Below, one piece after another: positions 61,550-64,000 of a stretch of DNA of 64,000 nt. Under the pieces are notes generated by a model that worked only from the letters and a program-made list of their open reading frames with translations, had not been told where the DNA came from and searched no databases. Every line of letters starts with the position of its first letter. Positions within the stretch are counted from its first letter, which is position 1. The position numbers and the translations under genes were made by a program. Source of the DNA: an uncultured Verrucomicrobiota bacterium (lineage in GTDB: Bacteria; Verrucomicrobiota; Verrucomicrobiia; Limisphaerales; J093); NCBI GenBank assembly GCA_964411985.1, contig CAYPNF010000003.1, positions 3,155 to 67,154 of the forward strand, written 5' to 3'.

Positions 61550-62500
61550 ATGCGAGTGCTGGTAACCGGAGCCACAGGTTTTGTGGGGAGAGAAGTCGTA
61601 CGGCAACTCCTCCAAGCCAATCATGTCGTGCTCGCTCTGGCTCGCCGTCATCCCTCTGGTACCCGGCAGTTCCAACTGTCCCAGGATTCTCGATTGGAGT
61701 TCATCGCGGGGGACACCGGGCAGCCAGCAAGTTTGGCTGCCGCGACCCAGGGTGCGGATGCTGTGATCCACCTCGTCGGGATTATCAGTGAGCTTGGCCA
61801 GAATACGTTCTACAAAGCCCACGTGGAAGCCACGCAGAACGTGGTCCGGGCTTGCGAACGGGCAGGGGTCCGCCGCTACGTGCACATGAGCGCCTTGGGG
61901 ACTCGTCCTGGGGCCGTCTCCCGCTATCACCAGACCAAGTGGGAAGCAGAAGAAGTGGTGCGTGCCAGCAGGCTCGCCTGGACAATCCTTCGGCCCTCCC
62001 TCATCTACGGGCGCGGGGATCAGTTTGTGAACATGTTCGCAGCGCTCTCGCGATGGTCACCCTTCCTGCCAGTCATGGGTCCTGGGACGGGCAGAATGCA
62101 GCCGTTGTCCGTGGAATCCGTCGCGCACTGTTTCGTCCAGGCGCTTGGGAAACCAGCCACTCATGGGAGGACACTGGACCTGTGCGGCCCCACCCCGATC
62201 TCTTTCCTGGAGATCCTGGACACCATCTTACAGGTGCTGGGTCGACGACGATGGAAACTCCACGTCCCCCTCCCCTTGGCGCGTTGTCAGGCACAGCTTC
62301 TGGAGTTCGTTTGCCCCACTTTGTTCAGGCTTGCAGCTCCTCTCAACCGGGATCAGTTGATTATGCTGCAGGAGAACAACACCGGGGATCCCAGCCCCGC
62401 CATGGAATTGCTGGGAATGCCCACGGAGTCCTTCCGCGACGGGATCACCCGGTTTCTCACACCGGAGCTGCCGCCAAAAAGCTCTTCCCAAAGTCAGTAG
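61550..62500 (+). CDS. NAD(P)-dependent epimerase/dehydratase (NDUFA9-like SDR)
   Basis: MRVLVTGATGFVGREVV Rossmann motif; 316 aa. Confidence 0.8.
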   Translation: MRVLVTGATGFVGREVVRQLLQANHVVLALARRHPSGTRQFQLSQDSRLEFIAGDTGQPASLAAATQGADAVIHLVGIISELGQNTFYKAHVEATQNVVRACERAGVRRYVHMSALGTRPGAVSRYHQTKWEAEEVVRASRLAWTILRPSLIYGRGDQFVNMFAALSRWSPFLPVMGPGTGRMQPLSVESVAHCFVQALGKPATHGRTLDLCGPTPISFLEILDTILQVLGRRRWKLHVPLPLARCQAQLLEFVCPTLFRLAAPLNRDQLIMLQENNTGDPSPAMELLGMPTESFRDGITRFLTPELPPKSSSQSQ

Positions 62501-64000
62501 CCTCCGCCACCCACCAGATTCCAATCCTCCACCAGTTTCATGGGAAACTCCGTGAGGAAACGGGAAGGCTCCTTAAAGGCGTCGCCGGAATACCCTCTCG
62601 CAAAACGCATCTGCGGATGACAGAGGTAGAGGTGGTCCTTGGCGCGGGTGATTCCCACGTAGAAAAGCCTTCTCTCTTCCTCTTCGCCTTCGGACTCCTC
62701 AACAGCGCGGCCGGACGGGAACATGCCCTCACAAAGCATGATAAGGAAAACAACCCGGAACTCGAGCCCCTTGGCCTGATGGATGGTGGAGAGGCGGACA
62801 CGAGGTTCTTCCTGCTTCTCCTCGGCAGAGGATTCCGCTTCTATGTTGCTCATGAGAGCCAGCTGGGTCAGGAACTCCTGGGGATCCGCGAACTTTTCGG
62901 CGAACGAAGCCAGCTGCTCCAGGTCCTCCAGTCGTGCGTGACTGTTGTCGTAACTCAGCTCCAAGTACTCCTCGTAACCCGCCTCCAATACCAGGCGAAT
63001 CATGCTGGGGACATCTGTGCGCACCTCTGCCTCACTCAGCTGTTCCATCGTGTCTCTCAGCTGGGCCCACAGCGGGAGCGCCTTCTTCGGGACCGCCCCG
63101 CGCGCGACATCCAGCGCTTCCAGCAGATGAGCGGACCGTTCCTCCATTGACAACGCCTGCAGGTAACCCGCTGACAATCGATAGAGTTTCTCCGCCGCCT
63201 TCTCCCCCACTCCGGGAAGCATCCGCACCAAACGCTTGTAGGCCAGTTCATCCGCAGGATTGAGCACCAGCCGAACGTAGGAGGCGACATCCTTGATATG
63301 GGCCTGTTCGAAAAAGCGAATCCCGCTCGTCATCGAGAACGGGAGGCTGCAGCGGGTCAATTCCATCTGCAGTTCGAAAGCGTGAAAATGAGACCGGTAC
63401 AACACCGCAATCTCATCCAAGGGCACCCCTTCCTCGTGGCACTCCCCAATTCGCTGAGCCACGAAAGAGGCCTGTTCCTCCGCCGTACGGCATTGAACCA
63501 ACGCAGGCTTTTCCCCCGTTGGCCGGACCGCCACTAGGTTCTTGGGATGCTGGTGGACGTTGTTGGCGATGACGGCATTGGCCAACTCCAGTATTTCAGG
63601 GATGCTGCGGTAATTCGTTTCGATCTTGTAGGTAAGGGAGCCCGGGTAGCGTTTGGGGAACTCCAGAATATTCCGGAAGCTGGCACCACGCCACGAATAG
63701 ATGCTCTGGGAGTCATCCCCCACGACCATGAGGTTGCGATGGTGTGCCGCCAATAGGTCGATAATCGTGCTCTGCAAGCGGTTGGTGTCCTGGTACTCGT
63801 CCACCAGGATGAAATGGAATCGGTGCTGGTAGTGTTCGCGCACCGCTGCCTCCTTTTCGAGCAGCTTGAGCCACAAGCTCAGCAAATCGTCAAAATCCAT
63901 CAGCCCAGCGGCACGTTTGCGCTCCGTGTAGGTCTCGGCCGTCTTCTCGATCAGAAGCCGCACAGCTTCCCACTCTTTGAACTTGCGCTCCAGGAGAACA
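62494..64000 (-). CDS. UvrD/PcrA/Rep-family helicase, C-terminal part (5' end outside window)
   Basis: FILVDEYQDTN, VVGDDSQSIYSWRGA, LSTIHQAKGLEF and LFYVGITRAK. The frame stays open to position 64000. Confidence 0.9.
   Translation of the reverse strand, partial: VLLERKFKEWEAVRLLIEKTAETYTERKRAAGLMDFDDLLSLWLKLLEKEAAVREHYQHRFHFILVDEYQDTNRLQSTIIDLLAAHHRNLMVVGDDSQSIYSWRGASFRNILEFPKRYPGSLTYKIETNYRSIPEILELANAVIANNVHQHPKNLVAVRPTGEKPALVQCRTAEEQASFVAQRIGECHEEGVPLDEIAVLYRSHFHAFELQMELTRCSLPFSMTSGIRFFEQAHIKDVASYVRLVLNPADELAYKRLVRMLPGVGEKAAEKLYRLSAGYLQALSMEERSAHLLEALDVARGAVPKKALPLWAQLRDTMEQLSEAEVRTDVPSMIRLVLEAGYEEYLELSYDNSHARLEDLEQLASFAEKFADPQEFLTQLALMSNIEAESSAEEKQEEPRVRLSTIHQAKGLEFRVVFLIMLCEGMFPSGRAVEESEGEEEERRLFYVGITRAKDHLYLCHPQMRFARGYSGDAFKEPSRFLTEFPMKLVEDWNLVGGGGY

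Noticed and set aside
61852-63150. 432-aa plus-strand ORF
   Set aside because: It overlaps the epimerase in another frame and is antisense to the UvrD-like helicase, both of which carry strong motifs.
1-64000. Mobile elements, prophage, defence islands, CRISPR, rRNA and tRNA
   Set aside because: I saw no integrase, transposase, Cas, restriction or toxin motifs. No terminal inverted repeats flank any segment, and no intergenic gap contains cloverleaf-like sequence. The only compositional anomaly is the 210-bp AT-rich flgM upstream region.

Overview
High-GC bacterial chromosomal window (G+C judged by eye, not counted), densely coding on both strands: about 55 protein genes. I found no rRNA, tRNA, CRISPR array, transposase or integrase. 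The gene content (PrsK/PrsR-type PEP-CTERM regulators, a TIGR04073-like protein, DUF1080, DUF4838, an FG-GAP/ASPIC giant protein, a PUR-like protein) hints at a PVC/Verrucomicrobiota-type organism; this is a low-confidence inference.

Three themes:
1. 0.7-27.5 kb is a motility and signalling region. It holds late flagellar genes (a flgM-fliS-fliT-like operon, a fliD operon with two unknown genes, and two tandem flagellins), cheX, cheW, an MCP, a sigma-54 activator, three PAS histidine kinases and an HD-GYP regulator. A sigma-28 (FliA)-type promoter motif recurs in front of nine genes.
2. 30.8-49 kb is an 18-kb run of genes all on the minus strand. It holds envelope genes (FG-GAP protein, tolQ, a zinc-ribbon gene, tolR, tolA, tolB, pal, tatA x2, tatC, a TIGR04073-like gene, ispE, mlaE/F/D) and ends in a 1222-aa Glu/Leu/Phe/Val-dehydrogenase-like protein fused to a DHH-like domain.
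3. The rest is housekeeping and glycan genes: a GH29 fragment, a DUF4838+GH5 fusion, DUF1080, cstA, nadD-rsfS, yihY, prsK/prsR, an epimerase and a uvrD-like fragment.

Most noteworthy observations:
- a 4.4-kb locus made almost entirely of signalling domains that have lost their phospho-acceptor residues, sitting next to cheX;
- structured leaders shared by the two flagellin genes, each with GGA-loop hairpins;
- a 55-aa second tatA gene missing from the ORF track;
- an Mla-type ATPase with degenerate Q-loop, signature and H-loop;
- a zinc-ribbon membrane gene translationally coupled inside tolQ-tolR;
- a 36% GC island with palindromes upstream of flgM;
- a 37-bp-period GA-rich repeat upstream of prsK.

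All functional calls rest on motif recognition by eye; no database search was run. The ORF track uses GTG and TTG as starts, so several starts were moved to the nearest plausible ATG.
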